From Balamuthia mandrillaris (taxonomy: Eukaryota), in the NCBI GenBank assembly GCA_031835245.2, contig JAVKOQ020000031.1, positions 124,001 through 188,000 of the forward strand: 64,000 bases of DNA, written 5' to 3'. The notes beneath the pieces are model-generated. The model had not been told where the DNA came from. It saw only the letters and a list, made by a program, of their open reading frames with translations, and did no database searches. Made by a program: the position numbers and the translations under genes. How positions within the stretch are numbered: the stretch's first letter is position 1; every line of letters starts with the position of its first letter. This document shows, piece after piece, positions 60,701-64,000 of this stretch.

Positions 60701-62774
60701 CGTCTTCCTCCTCTGCAACTTCCTCCAAAACAGCTACCGCCAACCAAAAACAGCAAGCACAGCAGCCGCAGGCTTGGACAAAACCTTCGACCAAGCCTAT
60801 GTCCTTGAAAGAAATTCAAGAGCTGGAAAGGAGCCAGCAGCAACAACAAGGAGGAAGCAGATCCTCTTCTCCTGCATCACACAACGTGCAGAACTTTTTG
60901 TCAGCATGGGGCATCACCAATCAACCCTCTGAAGACGAAGAACTGACCTCGATGCAAGCTCTTCAAAAGGAGCAAGAGCAGATGAGCCAACGAGTCCATC
61001 AACAGCAGCAATCTCGTCAACCCCCTGCTTGGGGAGGGCAAGAAGAAAAGCCTGCTCCTGCTGGTGGTGCTTCCTTGCGTGACATTCAGCTGAGAGAAAT
61101 GCAGGAAGCCAACAGAGCTAGAGCAGAGATGCAAGCCAGAGCCGAGCTCAAAGCCAGAGAAGAGAGGGAGAAAGAGTTGGGCCTTGCTTGGGGTAGTGAC
61201 AGTCATGCCTCCGCTTCCAATCACAGCGGCGCGTCTTCTTCCAAGAAGACGCTTTTGCAAATTCAACAGGAAGAAATGATGGAGCGAGCCAAACGAATGA
61301 AAGAGATGGAGCAGCAACGTCAACAGCAAATGGCTGCTCTCCAACAACGAGGATGGGAGGGATCTGTTCCTTCTTCTGCGTGGGGCGGCACCGCCCCCTC
61401 TTCTTCCGCCCCGGCTCTCTCCCTCAAGGAAATTGAAATGGAGCAAGAAAGAGAGCGACAGAGGAGGCAGGCTGAGATGAACCGACGCAACTCCTCTCTT
61501 TTGGAAGGCGGTGGAGTGGGAGGCATTCCCTTGTGGGTCACTCACGCTTCTGGCAGCAGTGCTCCACCTCTCTCCAAGATCATGGAGGAGCAGATGCAAC
61601 AACAGCAACATCATCCGATTGTTAGCGCCATGACTGGAGAGGAGAAAGTGCAGGACATGCTGCAGTACTATCGCCAACAACCAGAAAGTGCCAACCGCCA
61701 GACTGGCTGGGAGGAGCAACAACAGGAGAAAAGTTCTTCGCTTTCGCTTCGCGAGATTCAGGAGCAAGAGGAGCAAAAGAGGCAACAACAAGCCGCCAAA
61801 AACCAATCCAACGACCAGCAACAAGGCAAACAAGCCAAACGCAAAGCCAACGCTTCCAAGGTCTCTATCTTCACTTCTTCTTTTGTTTCTTTTTTTGTTA
61901 AAATAATTAATAATTATTTCTATACGACAGGGACGAAGCGGCGGCAACAGTGGGGTATGGGGATCAGCGCCTGCAGCAGCCCCTCGCCCCAAGTCTCTGC
62001 TGGACATCCAGGCGGAGGAGGCCAAGACCAAGGGCAGCAACGGCTCTGCTCCCGTGCAGACCTTGGCCAGCATGTTGGCACCTGCTGAGCCACCCTCTCA
62101 ACCACCACAGGCCGTGTCTGCTACGGAGGATGACGGCATGTTTTGGGATGTGCCAACAACCGCAACAGCAACGGCCTCTACTACCCCTACTAGCAAGAAT
62201 ACTGTTGCAACTCCTCCCTCTTCTGCCAGTTCTATTATTAGCTCGTATGTTTATTTTCTTTCGTTCGCTTTTTTGTTTTTATAATTGAGAGGTTTTAACC
62301 TTTGTTCTAACATCATTTTTTTTGGTAACTTGAAGGGAAGCATTCCCGTCGTTAAGTGTAGCCGCAGCAGCGGTCCAGCAGCAAAGCAACGCCCAGCCTA
62401 GAGGCAAGAAAGCAGCCGGCGGCAAGAACAAAAACAAAGGAGGAGCCACTGCCGCTGCTCCTCCTCTTATTCGCAATCCGGCCAATCCCTGGGGCACCCC
62501 TTCAACGACAACGACAACAACCTCGCAAACCTCTACATCCAAACGCTCTTCTCAACCACAACAACAAGCGCCGAAGAAAGGAGGAAGCGGAGGAGGAGCA
62601 CAAAGCAATAATAATGCAGAGGGAAAGAAGAAACAACAGCAAGGAGGAGCAGCAAGCCAAGGAAAGAAAAAGAAGATGAGCAAAGTGGATCCTTCGTTGT
62701 TGGGCTTTAGCTCTAATGTTCAGAGCAGAGTGGCCCAAGGCGCCATTCAGCGCATTGATAGCGATGGCTACTAA
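57719..62774 (+). CDS. GYF-domain translational regulator (GIGYF/Smy2/EXA1-like)
   Basis: N-terminal YSKEELL (eIF4E/4EHP-binding YxxxxLL); GYF WLYKDPQGVVRGPFTDEEMNDWYMAGYFPKDLPI; repeated SLxEIQ motifs; C-terminal KKMSKVDPSLLGF; stop at 62772-62774. Confidence 0.88.
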
Positions 62775-63380
62775 ATGGCTGCATTGATTTGATGAGTATG
62801 GACCAACAAAGCAAACATATGAATAATGAATTCGCTATCTTCTGTCCTTTTCTTCTTGTCTTCTTCTTCATTGTGTCCCAGCAGAACCCCTGTATTTCCA
62901 TGGGGGGCTGGAGCATTGCTCGAAATTCACGACCTGGAGCATGCATCCCACCCCTAGTCCAGGATGGTCTTGGTCCCCCAAGCAGACAAGTTGTTTGCTT
63001 GCTGATCGGCCAGTTCATCCGTTTAAGAGAGAGACCAACTCTTCAGGGACTGTGTGTCACGTTAGCATTTGGGTGTGATCAGCTTTCAACCTGATGCATT
63101 GATTGGGTCGGATGTTCATCTCGTGGCCGACCTGGATGTTGGTTTTTCCTTATGCCCCATGGTGTGGACGGAACGGAGTGACAGTTGTGCCCCTGCTGAC
63201 GGCATCGGATGATCATCGAGTGGACTTTTGCTAACGTAAAGCGTGCATTTCGTGTTGTGCTTTTTTGTTCTGTTCACTCCACCCTTTCATTTGTTTTCAT
63301 TTCATCGCAACCATCCTCTTCAAAACCAAACCCCATCCAGTCCGGTCCTCACCGCTCACAAAGTTTTAGAAGCAACCATC

Positions 63381-63957
63381 ATGGCTTATAGCAGCGTTGG
63401 GAATGGAGACCGCATTCTGTGCTCTCTGGAGACACCAGATGTGTTACGGGCCGAAGACTTTTGGATGAGAACACCGTCAGACGAAACCTCTCCGTGGGAT
63501 AGCGCTCCTCTCCTCTCTCCTCCGCCTTTTGTCCGTGGAGCCCCTGAGGGACGAGGACGCCTTCACGACCGCCGCCCCGGCGGGAACAATACCCCCGGAA
63601 CAGCGACCCACTACCGAGCTTGACCTTTTGGAAGAGATTCTGTTCAAAGACGACAGCGAGGGTGGGGTTGCCCCTTGTTCAGGCGTGTGGACCTACGACC
63701 CGAGCGCGCCGTGCTCTGGTTGTTGCCATGAATGCATCTTGACGGACGGCAAGGTGCCTCCCGTTGGATCAGGACTGAAGTATCTACGACCGAATAAGAG
63801 GCCCCCAAAGGCGAAGAAGAAGATAACGAAGAAGAAGAAGATGAAGGAGCAGCACCAACGGGTCAGCTCGAGGCAGCGGACGAACAAGAGGCTAGGCGGA
63901 GGAACCCCACCAAAGAAGAAGAGGCATTGCAGAGACTTGGGGCATATGGACTGGTAA
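63381..63957 (+). pseudogene. Hypothetical ORF apparently split by a frameshift near 63525
   Basis: MAYSSVGNG...LLSPPP continues most naturally in the overlapping frame SVEPLRDEDAF...CSGCCHEC...KKKRHCRDLGHMDW*; no intron is evident and no family was recognised. Confidence 0.3.
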
Positions 63958-64000
63958 ATATACCATATTAAAGAAAAAACACAAAACCAAAAAAAAAAAG

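Noticed and set aside
53330..62774. LAMTOR2-SPT-GIGYF as a functional gene cluster
   Set aside because: These are unrelated housekeeping genes that happen to be adjacent in a compact genome, with no shared regulatory signal seen.

Overview
This is gene-dense, intron-rich eukaryotic nuclear DNA with short pyrimidine-rich GT-AG introns, many carrying (TC)n, (TTC)n or (CCT)n microsatellites. Gene content and style suggest a free-living amoebozoan such as Acanthamoeba or Balamuthia; this is an inference. About 30 protein-coding loci can be reconstructed by splicing the ORF fragments by eye. Routine genes include OGFr-like, C2, PP2C, DnaJ, LIM, a 2OG-Fe(II) dioxygenase, an amino-acid permease, LENG1, F-box proteins, SerRS, ARMC7, CDC123, LAMTOR2, SPT LCB2 and GIGYF. 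The most notable items are: (1) a RhoGEF(DH)-PH-coiled-coil-dynamin-like GTPase fusion; (2) a plant NADKc-type (zeta-toxin fold) NAD kinase with an inserted CxxC thioredoxin domain; (3) an LCIB/theta-class carbonic anhydrase fused to ankyrin repeats; (4) a secreted protein made of about 50 YDGGDVS repeats; and (5) a 1.26-kb TIR element flanked by TTAA, probably an internally deleted Kolobok-type DNA transposon. No rRNA, tRNA or CRISPR was recognised. All family calls come from motif recognition, not database searches, and exon boundaries are manual.
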